Source: a virus
Reading direction: 5' to 3' (one strand)
DNA: 64,000 nucleotides
IMG/VR virus record: IMGVR_UViG_3300037474_000073
Under the pieces are notes generated by a model. That model saw only the letters and a program-made list of their open reading frames with translations. It was not told where the DNA came from and searched no databases. Shown piece after piece: positions 25,808-33,947 of the stretch (position 1 is the first letter of the stretch; every line of letters begins with the position of its first letter). A program made the translations under genes and the position numbers.

Positions 25808-26752
25808 CTAGTAAGTGCCGCCGTAGCGGAACGAACGGAACACGGTCGGCGCGATCATGATCGCGTTGTAATGCGTGGGCACCGATGGGATGTTGAAGAT
25901 CGTCAACGCGGGCGTCACGCCGGCCGGCACGGTGTTGCCGAGCGTGAACGAGTACGACTTGGCGCCAGCGGTCGTCGAGCCGAGCACGCCGCTGCCCATC
26001 TTGGCTCCGATCGGAGCGGTATCGCTGGCCGCGACCTCACCGAACACCTGCACCTTCCCGGCCTGCGTATACGTCGGCGACGTCCACAGGCTGTTCTGGA
26101 ACGCACCGCAATAGTTGCCCTTATAAGACGTCCACCACGCACCACTGACGTACTGCACGCCGAAGAGCTGCGTTGTGGCGCTGCCGACGCTGACGTCGGC
26201 GTTGATGTCCAGTCCGTGCGGGCAGGTCGTTCCGACAGCCGGAACAAATCCTGTGCCGTAGCCATTGAAAACGCCGTTGGTCCAGCTCCCTGCGAACAGG
26301 TGCGGATTGCTGTTGCCGAACAGGGAAGAGTCGACGGTCCAGCCCCACTCGACGATCTGCTGCTCGTTGGCAGACTTGACCGCCAGTTCGAACAGCGAGT
26401 GATAGCAGAACTGCGTCGAGGTGCACGTCGGCTTCTCGACGGTCACTTGATCCGAGGCGCCGTCCGTGGAAACGGTCTGCTGACCGCCTCCGTAGAAGTA
26501 GCACGTGCCGCAGGGCGACTTGGCGGTCATGCCGACTCGCTGAACGGGCATGCCCTTGCGTACCGAGCCCTGCTTGCCGACCAACGCGTGCGCGTAGTCG
26601 AGCGCCGGCAGCGGCTTGCCGATCAGGTTGCTCGCGCTGACCGCCTGCGCGGGCGCCGCAGCGGCCGGCGTGCTGCTGATGCCGGCCGCGCCGGCGAGCA
26701 ACAACAGGAACGCCCCGAGCAGTGACACCGCCCGAGTCTTGATCGTAGTCAT
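25808..26752 (-). CDS. secreted neprosin-like (DUF239) putative glutamic peptidase
   Basis: Trimmed from track start 27364 to the ATG after GAAGGAGACGAG. Signal peptide MTTIKTRAVSLLGAFLLLLAGAAGISSTPAAAAPAQA. VEWGWTVDSSLFGNSNPHLFAGSWTNG..GTGFV...GAWWTSYKGNYCGAFQNSLW...VFGEVA parallels the neprosin pattern, including both Glu positions. Confidence 0.6.
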   Translation of the reverse strand: MTTIKTRAVSLLGAFLLLLAGAAGISSTPAAAAPAQAVSASNLIGKPLPALDYAHALVGKQGSVRKGMPVQRVGMTAKSPCGTCYFYGGGQQTVSTDGASDQVTVEKPTCTSTQFCYHSLFELAVKSANEQQIVEWGWTVDSSLFGNSNPHLFAGSWTNGVFNGYGTGFVPAVGTTCPHGLDINADVSVGSATTQLFGVQYVSGAWWTSYKGNYCGAFQNSLWTSPTYTQAGKVQVFGEVAASDTAPIGAKMGSGVLGSTTAGAKSYSFTLGNTVPAGVTPALTIFNIPSVPTHYNAIMIAPTVFRSFRYGGTY

Positions 26753-26768
26753 CTCGTCTCCTTCATCA

Positions 26769-28403
26769 TCACCAGTCGGCGCGTTCCAGGTCGGCGCCGC
26801 TGAGTAGTCCCGTGCTCGCGGTGTAGGCGAGATCGGCGTCCGTCGGTCGCCGGTTGACCGGCTCGGGCTTCTCGTGGCGCGGGGTCCAGTGCGCCGAGAC
26901 GATCCGGGCGGCGTACGAGAACGTATCCACCTGGTCGTCATGGGTCCACGACGGGAACCCGGCGATCTCGTCGCACCACTCGTCGAGCCAGTCGGCGACC
27001 GCCGGCCAGAACACCGTGTGGCTTGCGAGCCGCTGCGTCGCCGGCAACGCCCGCGTGACCTTGTCCTTGTCCGGCGTGAGCGGCTGGATCCGGATGCCCG
27101 CGGTCGTAGCGTCGATGACCAGCGTGGTCCCGATGAAGCCGCGCTCCACGTAGACGTCCGGCGCCGCCCACTTCGCGCACAGCGGGCGCAGCATGTCGGC
27201 GTGCGCCTGCTCGGCGATGCGCTTGCGCACCCGGTCGAGCAGGATGAGCCGGCCGTCCAGCGTGATCGCCCACACCGAGGCGACCGTGAAGTCGGCCGAG
27301 GTCTTCGTGCTCGACGCCAGGTCCATCGTGATGAACCGGCGCATGTCGCCGACGAACAGCGCATCGCCGTCCACCTGGATCCGCAGACCGGCGGTCGGGT
27401 CGTGGTGCGACCGGTCGTAGCCGATGACCGACCAGTACCGGAAGTCGGAGCGGGCGAACAGATTGCCCTCGGCCGCGACCGGCGTCTGCATGTAGATCGA
27501 GTTCCAGACGTACATGGAACGCTTGGTCTGCAGCTCGCGGTAGTAGCCCGGCCGGCGACCCTGAACGCTGATCAGCTCACCGTGCGGGTCGTACACCGAG
27601 GCGCCGTCGCCGCCACGCACGAGCGGCTGGGTCACGTCGCGCACCGCAGGGATCCGCAGCACCTTCCAGGTTCCCGGCTCACGCTCGAGCATCCGGCCGG
27701 CGAGGTCGTCGGTGTGCCAGCGGGTCATCATCAGCACGACCCGGCCGCGCGAGCTCATCCGCGTCGCGCCGACCGACTCCCACCAGTCCCACGCGCTCTC
27801 GCGGTAGGTCGGCGATTCCGCCTCGGCGCGGCCGCGCACGGGGTCGTCGATCACCATCAGGTCGATCCGCTCACCGGTCAGACCACCGCCGACGCCGACG
27901 GACACGACGCCACCGCCCTGCGTGGTCTCGTACGCGTCCACCGCCCGCGAGTCGGCCATCAGTTCGAGCCCGAGCTCGGGATGCGCCTCGATCATGCGTC
28001 GGATCCACTTGCCCCAGCGCTCGGCCTTGGTCGCCGAGTAGCTGACGATGCCGATGCGCAGGGTCGGGTCCTGGGCAAGCATCCAGAGCGGGAACCAGCA
28101 CGACGTACGGGTGCTCTTGCCCTCCTGCGGCGGGATGAACACCATCAGCCGACCGCGGTCCTGCTCGGCGTCCGCGAGGTCCACGAGAGCGGCGTCGATG
28201 GCCTGCAGCGCGGGGGTCTGCGTCGTCGAGGTCAGGTACGCCTGCGCGAGGGCGCCCGGCGTGGGGTACCGGGCGCGGAACTCACTCGCCGAGATCCTCC
28301 GGAGGTGGTCCCGTTTCGATCTCACCTCGGACAACTTGGCCTTCAACCGCACGAGCTCGTCGACTGATCTCGTCGTCAAGCTCTCGGATAGTGGCGTCGA
28401 CAT
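26769..28403 (-). CDS. terminase large subunit
   Basis: Walker A PPQEGKST, Walker B DLMVIDDP. 544 aa. Start uncertain because it overlaps the TerS-like ORF by 122 nt. Confidence 0.9.
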   Translation of the reverse strand: MSTPLSESLTTRSVDELVRLKAKLSEVRSKRDHLRRISASEFRARYPTPGALAQAYLTSTTQTPALQAIDAALVDLADAEQDRGRLMVFIPPQEGKSTRTSCWFPLWMLAQDPTLRIGIVSYSATKAERWGKWIRRMIEAHPELGLELMADSRAVDAYETTQGGGVVSVGVGGGLTGERIDLMVIDDPVRGRAEAESPTYRESAWDWWESVGATRMSSRGRVVLMMTRWHTDDLAGRMLEREPGTWKVLRIPAVRDVTQPLVRGGDGASVYDPHGELISVQGRRPGYYRELQTKRSMYVWNSIYMQTPVAAEGNLFARSDFRYWSVIGYDRSHHDPTAGLRIQVDGDALFVGDMRRFITMDLASSTKTSADFTVASVWAITLDGRLILLDRVRKRIAEQAHADMLRPLCAKWAAPDVYVERGFIGTTLVIDATTAGIRIQPLTPDKDKVTRALPATQRLASHTVFWPAVADWLDEWCDEIAGFPSWTHDDQVDTFSYAARIVSAHWTPRHEKPEPVNRRPTDADLAYTASTGLLSGADLERADW

Positions 28404-28806
28404 CGCTCTCCCCGATCTGGATCCGAGTCGGAGCGTTCGCGCCGGTCAGTCGGCTGATGGAGTCGATGATCAGGCGGCACTCGGTGACCGCCTTGATGTC
28501 GCCGTCCATCGCCCGCTGCCATAGCGCCTTCAGCAACGCCTGCAGCCGGTCGAGGGACTCGGCACGGTAGTAGACCGTCTCGTGCCGCAGGTCGGCGATC
28601 GCGTCCTGCATGGCGCGGTGAACTGCCATCCCGACGGCCTGGCGGCTCGGCCACACCCGCTTGCCGTTCTCGTCGACCTGGGTCAACCAGATCTCTTCGT
28701 ACGTCATGCCCGAGCGCTTGCGGATCAGTGCCTCGCGGGTGCGCTCGGCGCGCATCTCCGTCGACGCCTTCTGCTGATGCGGCGGGATGTTCCCGGTCAT
28801 CGTCAC
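28282..28806 (-). CDS. terminase small subunit (putative)
   Basis: 174 aa directly upstream of TerL. N-terminal HTH-like region (GMTYEEIWL), a coiled region and an acidic tail. GTG start. Confidence 0.55.
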   Translation of the reverse strand: MTMTGNIPPHQQKASTEMRAERTREALIRKRSGMTYEEIWLTQVDENGKRVWPSRQAVGMAVHRAMQDAIADLRHETVYYRAESLDRLQALLKALWQRAMDGDIKAVTECRLIIDSISRLTGANAPTRIQIGESDVDATIRELDDEISRRARAVEGQVVRGEIETGPPPEDLGE

Positions 28807-29072
28807 GGCGCCTCACCTGATTCCGGGCACGGTGAAGTTGTCGGCATAGTATGCGCCGCCTGATCACTTCGGCAACTGACCGCCCCTGATCTCACCCAGT
28901 CAGCATGCACCCGCATCACCTCTTCGGCCGAATAGACCGGCGCGGGCTTGCCGCCGGCCGCCGTCATCCGGTGCCCGATAACAGGCGAGCCCGCCAATCT
29001 GCGCTGCAACGTCCGGCGCGGGATCGGCGGGCTCAACCATGAGAGCGCCTCGGTGATGGTCAATCCGGTCAA
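28803..29072 (-). CDS. helix-turn-helix DNA-binding protein (excisionase/MerR-like)
   Basis: Trimmed to the TTG that overlaps the upstream stop (TTGA). LTITEALSWLSPPIPRRTLQRRL..KPAPVYSAEEV. Confidence 0.45.
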   Translation of the reverse strand: MTGLTITEALSWLSPPIPRRTLQRRLAGSPVIGHRMTAAGGKPAPVYSAEEVMRVHADWVRSGAVSCRSDQAAHTMPTTSPCPESGEAP

Positions 29073-30049
29073 CGTGCCTGGCGGGGGTAGCGGGCCGACT
29101 TGAACCCCGAGTGGTGCTGCTCGCGCAGCATCTCGGCAGCCGCGTAGTCGTACGCCTCGGACCAGGCGGCGTCGTACTCGGGCAGCCACGCCTCACCAGC
29201 GAGGTCGTGCAAGGTGCCGAACAGTACCGCCTTGACGGCGGCGTACTCCTCGAGCGTCGCGCCACGGGTGACGCCCTCGCTCGGGCGCCAGAATGCGGCG
29301 TGCGCACGACCCATCGCCTGCAGCGCGGTGTCGAGTGGTTCAAGGCTGTCGGGGTTGTCGGGGTCGTACATCGTGGCGAGCGCCTTGAGCGCGCCATACA
29401 GCTTGTCGCGCTGCTTGAGACCGCGAGAGTCGGGGTCACCGAGCGGGTCGCGAGGGGCGAGCAGGTCGGACGGGAAGATCTCGGCGAGATTCGGCGCCGC
29501 GTCCAGCAGCCGCGAGTAGAACGTCAGGATCGCCGTGTCGCCGGTCTCACCGTCGAGCAGGGCGATCGACTCGCGGAGCAGGTCGCTGGTCGTCATGACG
29601 TAGCCCTTCCCTCGGCACGCCGGGCACGGCGGGCGCAACGCCTGGATCTCCGACGCCCGCATCCTGGTCAGCGTGTCGTCGAGCGGGACGTCGACCGGAT
29701 CGTCGACCGACGTATCCGTCGCCCGTTCCCCCTCGATCCTGCCCGCGCCCGCGTAACCGTCGCCGGTCTGAGGTCGGTCGTCGGCCGTGTCCGGCAGGTA
29801 CCGGCCGACGTTCTGCGTACGGTCCGCATCGCTCTGCGCGGGTGGTGCGCTGATCGGCTGTTCTGGTTGCACTGCTTGCTCCCCTGCTACTCGTCTCCGG
29901 AACATGATGAACTTCCCTACCTCGGCCAGGACCCGCCCGAGCATGACCATGCCGGCCAGTCCCCCGACGACGATCAATATCAAGGTGACCATAGACCACG
30001 GGTTACTGCGGATCGGGTCGTTGAACAGGTGATACAGCCAGTCCCTCAT
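29069..30049 (-). CDS. membrane-anchored globin-domain protein
   Basis: N-terminal TM segment WSMVTLILIVVGGLAGMVMLG, then a linker with CPACRGKG. The C-terminal 150 aa or so align by eye to 3-on-3 globins (FY B10, IF CD1, QRD E7, GRAHAAF F8 His, W..AY..AA). Confidence 0.6.
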   Translation of the reverse strand: MRDWLYHLFNDPIRSNPWSMVTLILIVVGGLAGMVMLGRVLAEVGKFIMFRRRVAGEQAVQPEQPISAPPAQSDADRTQNVGRYLPDTADDRPQTGDGYAGAGRIEGERATDTSVDDPVDVPLDDTLTRMRASEIQALRPPCPACRGKGYVMTTSDLLRESIALLDGETGDTAILTFYSRLLDAAPNLAEIFPSDLLAPRDPLGDPDSRGLKQRDKLYGALKALATMYDPDNPDSLEPLDTALQAMGRAHAAFWRPSEGVTRGATLEEYAAVKAVLFGTLHDLAGEAWLPEYDAAWSEAYDYAAAEMLREQHHSGFKSARYPRQAR

Positions 30050-30056
30050 CGGTCGC

Positions 30057-30497
30057 TCATCGGTTCAGCTCCTTACGCCAGCGATTCGACCAGCGGGCGG
30101 CGTGCGCTATCTCGGAGAACGCGGGTGTGTTCGCGTGCTTGGCGCGACCTGCGGTACTCCACAGCTCGTGATTGCGGGTGTACCGGCCACCGAGGAAGCT
30201 CAGACCGTATTCCTGCCAGCCACGATAAGCGATGACCCGCACCGCGCCCGGATAGCGCGCCCAGATCTCCCGAGGCAGCGACCGGATCACCTCGTCGACC
30301 AGCGCGTACGGCGTGGTCAGGGCGACCGCCTCGATCTCGTCGAGCAGGTCGTGCACCAGACCGTGAGCGTTCGCGCAGAGCTGGATCGTGCGTGTGCCGG
30401 TGCCGCCGCGGGCGATCGGGCGGATATGGTGCTGCTCGATCGGCACGACCTCGGAATGAACGGGATGAGCGAGACAGACACGGCCGATCGTCATCAC
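30057..30497 (-). CDS. HNH endonuclease
   Basis: EQHHIRPIARGG ... CANAHGLVH (HNH/HNN core). Typical position near terminase genes. Confidence 0.8.
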   Translation of the reverse strand: MMTIGRVCLAHPVHSEVVPIEQHHIRPIARGGTGTRTIQLCANAHGLVHDLLDEIEAVALTTPYALVDEVIRSLPREIWARYPGAVRVIAYRGWQEYGLSFLGGRYTRNHELWSTAGRAKHANTPAFSEIAHAARWSNRWRKELNR

Positions 30498-30616
30498 AGA
30501 GCCATCGACAACAGGTAGACGGTGAGGACGACGGCACCTCCCAGCATGGTCACGATGCCGACCATGCCGATGAGACCGACGGCGACCCAGCCGACCGCCC
30601 GAGCAACCTTGTGCAA
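30494..30616 (-). CDS. small membrane protein (about 40 aa)
   Basis: One TM segment VGWVAVGLIGMVGIVTMLGGAVVLTVYLL. Start uncertain (TTG 30616 chosen; the track start is 30691). Confidence 0.3.
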   Translation of the reverse strand: MHKVARAVGWVAVGLIGMVGIVTMLGGAVVLTVYLLSMAL

Positions 30617-30706
30617 CGGATACCCCCTGGTACCCCCCGTTCGGACGCTACCCCTCTGACCGGAAACGCACATGAGCCGAGCGTTGCTCAAAGATCGTCC
30701 GAGAGG

Positions 30707-30877
30707 CTACTCAGCCGACCACTGAGTGTCCGTACTCATGCTGGTCGGCATCTGAGTATTCATCGGCGCCACGTACGGTGAGATCTTCCGGAACGGGCGC
30801 ATCAGCCACCACAGCCGGATCCGAGCGATCGTATAGGCGGCCAGGATGCTGGACCACATCCAGACGATCAGGCCCAC
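30707..30877 (-). CDS. small membrane protein (56 aa)
   Basis: Trimmed to the GTG near the upstream stop. TM segment LIVWMWSSILAAYTIARI. Confidence 0.35.
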   Translation of the reverse strand: MGLIVWMWSSILAAYTIARIRLWWLMRPFRKISPYVAPMNTQMPTSMSTDTQWSAE

Positions 30878-31104
30878 GGGTCGCGGTCCTCTTCGGTAAT
30901 CAGGCCGGACACACTCGCGCCCCACTGAATGACCCACGACTGGCCGCTGCCGACCGTCAACTGCTCGGTCTGCTCGATCTCCACCTTGACCATCGTCGCG
31001 CCCTTGAGTTCGGCGTCCAGCATCCGGACCACCCAGCTCAGAGCGTCATCGACATCGGCGAACCCGCCGCGGGCGAGATTGACGTGCCGCTCTCTGGTCG
31101 TCAC
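30868..31104 (-). CDS. hypothetical protein (78 aa)
   Basis: GTG start after GGAGTGAG. Confidence 0.55.
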   Translation of the reverse strand: MTTRERHVNLARGGFADVDDALSWVVRMLDAELKGATMVKVEIEQTEQLTVGSGQSWVIQWGASVSGLITEEDRDPWA

Positions 31105-31240
31105 CGCTCACTCCGATACAGGTCGGTGGGGGTCCACCACAGAATCCGGCGCCAGCGATGCCGGCCGGCGTGCTGCAGAACGCCGGTACAGCGCACGGGC
31201 GGCGTGGTGAACCGGTACGCCCCGCACTGCGGTCCGTGCC

Positions 31241-31555
31241 TCACGTGCCGACCTTTGACCTGTCCACCAGCCAGACAAATTCGCCGTCGGCTCCAACAGG
31301 CGAGTGCTTATGGCACGTCGTGCAGTAGGTGGCACCGTAGAAATCAGGCTGCCGCGCGTATGTCTCGGCGATCGCCCGATTCATGGTCGTCACTTGCCCG
31401 CACGCTTCGTGTATGTACGACTCCCGAAGAGGTCTGACGAATCCAGCCGCCCTCTCTGATTCACTCAGCACCAGATACGCCTCTGCCTGATCAGCTGGCT
31501 CAGCGTCGGCGCCGTGCGTCAGCCGCGGGTCGTTCGGGTCTTCGGTCGTACTCAT
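31241..31555 (-). CDS. hypothetical Cys-containing protein (104 aa)
   Basis: Trimmed to the ATG after GGAGGGG. Contains HEACGQ...CTTCH. Confidence 0.55.
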   Translation of the reverse strand: MSTTEDPNDPRLTHGADAEPADQAEAYLVLSESERAAGFVRPLRESYIHEACGQVTTMNRAIAETYARQPDFYGATYCTTCHKHSPVGADGEFVWLVDRSKVGT

Positions 31556-31784
31556 GGCCCCTCCATCACAACTGATCCGCTTAAGCCGCACTCGGAACAG
31601 TGCGGGCAAGGGTGATTCGGTGAGAGGTGATCGTGACGGCAACGCGGATCCCGAACCGCTGAAGTGCAGGGCACGCCTCGGGCGCCGTGCGAGAGACATC
31701 GGTCGCCCGCGCCTTCCCGCACGGGACGACCCGAATCGACGCAATACCATTCCTGGTTAACCGTCTCCCACGAGATCACCTCCA

Positions 31785-32114
31785 TCACATCGGCACCGCA
31801 TGGCCGGCGGCGAGGATCTCGGCGGCGTAGTCGTAGACCGCGCCCTGCGGGCTGGTCATGCTGATCGAGCCGAGCGGGCGCCCGTACTTGTCGAGCGAGT
31901 GGCTGGTGAACGTCACCCCCATGCCGATCGGCAGCGCGCCCCGTGCCCACGTCAGCGCGGCCTGGCCCTCCTCGAGCGCGAGCTCGGGTGCGTTGATGCC
32001 CGCGATGCGGCACCGCTCCTCGAGCGTGATGTGCCAGCCCAGGTCGAGCTTGAGAACGAACGTGTCGCCGTCGACCACGCGCACGACGGTCGCGGGTACG
32101 GTCCAGGTGGTCAT
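31785..32114 (-). CDS. thermonuclease (staphylococcal-nuclease-like)
   Basis: VVRVVDGDTF ... RIAGINAPE ... DKYGRPL ... match SNase signatures. ATG overlaps the upstream stop. Confidence 0.7.
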   Translation of the reverse strand: MTTWTVPATVVRVVDGDTFVLKLDLGWHITLEERCRIAGINAPELALEEGQAALTWARGALPIGMGVTFTSHSLDKYGRPLGSISMTSPQGAVYDYAAEILAAGHAVPM

Positions 32115-32464
32115 CGCGCTTCCCATCCATGTCGACGAAGCGAGCGCAACGCCCGCGACTTGGTCCAGCCCGAACCGCAACGGGTGAGCGAGCCGTCCTC
32201 CGGCCAGTGATACGGCTCGGCCAGGTAGCCGTTAAAGGTGTTCTTGAGAGCCCGCCAGTCTCGGTCCCGCACATGCCGAACAACGGTCTGACGGATGTGC
32301 CGTAGCGACGTGTATGCGCGATTGATCCGCCAGGACCAGGGCGGCGACCCAACTGCCGCTGGAAACCGACGGACCGTCACGTAACGCCAGGCATGCCTCA
32401 GGTCGGCGAGCACACCGACCGGGTAGACATCGACACGATGCCGGTCGGTCGGCGCCGTCACCAT
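32111..32464 (-). CDS. hypothetical protein (117 aa)
   Basis: Trimmed to the ATG that overlaps the upstream stop region. Confidence 0.55.
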   Translation of the reverse strand: MVTAPTDRHRVDVYPVGVLADLRHAWRYVTVRRFPAAVGSPPWSWRINRAYTSLRHIRQTVVRHVRDRDWRALKNTFNGYLAEPYHWPEDGSLTRCGSGWTKSRALRSLRRHGWEAR

Positions 32465-32739
32465 TGCACCCGATTCGCTCGACGTTCCTGCAACGAGCGC
32501 GGACCGGAAGCGGTCTGACCGTCGAGCCCCTGAATGCGGGCGGTTGCGCGGCTGATGTCGTCGGTGATCGCGAGCCCGACCAGGGTCGCGCCGTCGACCG
32601 TGCCGAGGATGACGCACTTCTCGCCCCAGCCGTTCGGCCCGACGATCGTGCCGGGCTCGGGCGGGTCGGGGTAGCGCAGCCGACCGAGGATGCGCCGGTT
32701 CTTGCCCTCGTAGGAGATGGTGTCCATCTGATCAGGCAT
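32458..32739 (-). CDS. hypothetical protein (93 aa)
   Basis: Trimmed to the ATG that overlaps the upstream stop. Confidence 0.5.
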   Translation of the reverse strand: MPDQMDTISYEGKNRRILGRLRYPDPPEPGTIVGPNGWGEKCVILGTVDGATLVGLAITDDISRATARIQGLDGQTASGPRSLQERRANRVQW

Positions 32740-32947
32740 CGGTCGTCTCCTTCTCGTAGCGCATCCGCCGGGCAGCCTCGGTCGCCACACCGGCGCGATA
32801 GCCGAGTGTCCACGCGAGCTGAACGGCGCGACGGAACCACGGCTTGCGCGGCGCGGTCGGACCCAGCGCGTAACGATGGACCTCGACATAGACCATCGCC
32901 GGAACCTCGACCAGCGGAACCAGGTCGTCGGATGTGGGCTTATGCAT
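32732..32947 (-). CDS. hypothetical protein (71 aa)
   Basis: ORF coupled to its neighbours. Confidence 0.5.
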   Translation of the reverse strand: MHKPTSDDLVPLVEVPAMVYVEVHRYALGPTAPRKPWFRRAVQLAWTLGYRAGVATEAARRMRYEKETTDA

Positions 32948-33602
32948 CGATCGTCTCCCGGAAGTGCAGTGTCGTTCCGTCGCCGAAGATCAGCTGAGCT
33001 TCCCCCGTCAGCCGGCCGGTCTCCATCGTCGCACGGGTGGGTCTGCCGTCCGCGTCCTCACAGCCGGGGAAGAAACACCGGACCTGCCCGCCGCGGCGCT
33101 GCATGCGCAGCCCGAACGTCCGGCAGTACGGGCACTCGGGCGGTGCCGAGCCGGGAACCGCGGGAACCGGCGCCCACGGCTCGGCCTCGTCGATCGCGGG
33201 TACCTGCCGGGCGAGCCGCGCCCACGTCTCGAGCTTGCGGGCGACGTAACGCAAGGTCTCCTCGGGTGCCGCCGGCAGGAGATTCGCGAGCACGTCGAAC
33301 GCCTCGGCGCCGACCGGCAAGAGGTGGTCGGGGAGGCGTCGCATCCCTCGCGCGTACCGGACGATCGCGATCAGCTTGCCGGGACCGAACCAGAGGTTCC
33401 AGTACGCATCGGCGGCCGGGCCGTTCCACGGCTCGCTGCTCTCCGGTGCGCTCCGACCGATCGTGCCGGTCTGCGGTCCGGCGCTGTCGGGCTCGGGCAG
33501 TAACCGCTGCAGCGGGCCGAGCATGCCGGCCGCCTCCTTGATCGCGTCGTTGACCCGTTGCGAGAGGCTGTCGATCGTCTTCGGCATGCGTCCGATCATC
33601 AC
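32940..33602 (-). CDS. hypothetical protein (220 aa) with C-terminal zinc-ribbon-like motif
   Basis: CPYC...C..PGC. The GTG start lies 7 nt after terminator 33610-33629. Confidence 0.6.
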   Translation of the reverse strand: MMIGRMPKTIDSLSQRVNDAIKEAAGMLGPLQRLLPEPDSAGPQTGTIGRSAPESSEPWNGPAADAYWNLWFGPGKLIAIVRYARGMRRLPDHLLPVGAEAFDVLANLLPAAPEETLRYVARKLETWARLARQVPAIDEAEPWAPVPAVPGSAPPECPYCRTFGLRMQRRGGQVRCFFPGCEDADGRPTRATMETGRLTGEAQLIFGDGTTLHFRETIDA

Positions 33603-33609
33603 ACAGAAA

Positions 33610-33629
33610 AGCCCCGCCGTAGCGGGGCT
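33610..33629 (-). terminator. rho-independent terminator
   Basis: On the minus strand AGCCCCGC-tacg-GCGGGGCT followed by TTTCTGTGT. Ends the 33647-33856 transcription unit. Confidence 0.75.
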
Positions 33630-33646
33630 GATCGGGGGGTTGGAGG

Positions 33647-33856
33647 TCAGACTTCGCTGACCTCCGTGGTCTCCCAGATCATCACCGAGGCGTCTCGGCG
33701 AATGATCGTTCCTGTCTTCTGAACTACAGGGTGACCCATGACCATGAAGGTTTCGCTGCCCTGGAATATGTCCGTGACCTTGATGGCGCGACGTTTCTTG
33801 GCATAGCAGTCTTTGACTCGGATCGTCATCCCGATCTTGATCTCATCTCGCGTCAT
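33647..33856 (-). CDS. low-GC small protein (69 aa), leaderless
   Basis: Trimmed to the ATG at 33856, 6 nt after the -10 TACAGT. About 52% GC by eye, against about 66% for the window. Lys/Ile-rich: MTRDEIKIGMTIRVKDCYAKKRRAIKV... Confidence 0.55.
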   Translation of the reverse strand: MTRDEIKIGMTIRVKDCYAKKRRAIKVTDIFQGSETFMVMGHPVVQKTGTIIRRDASVMIWETTEVSEV

Positions 33857-33862
33857 ACTCAG

Positions 33863-33900
33863 ACTGTACCCCCACCCCACCGACCGCGCAAGGAGCTTGC
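33863..33900 (-). promoter_or_regulatory. conserved promoter/operator module
   Basis: Minus strand: palindrome GCAAGCTCCTTGC (33888-33900) containing the -35 TTGCGC, a 17-bp spacer, then GTGGGGGTACAGT (33863-33875) with the -10 TACAGT. Confidence 0.6.
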
Positions 33901-33947
33901 GGGATCCACATCGTACGATGGCAATTCAACCGATCAGGGGGGCGATC

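Noticed and set aside
30617-30638. Degenerate double G-box (GGGGGGTACCAG GGGGTATCCG on the minus strand) as another promoter-module copy
   Set aside because: The -10-like hexamers end in G. There is no TTG-type -35 at 16-18 bp and no dyad. It may simply be part of a small gene's 5' region.
31126-31140. GGTGGGGGTCCACC resembling the G-box
   Set aside because: It is oriented against the local genes, lacks the TACAGT part, and has no dyad.
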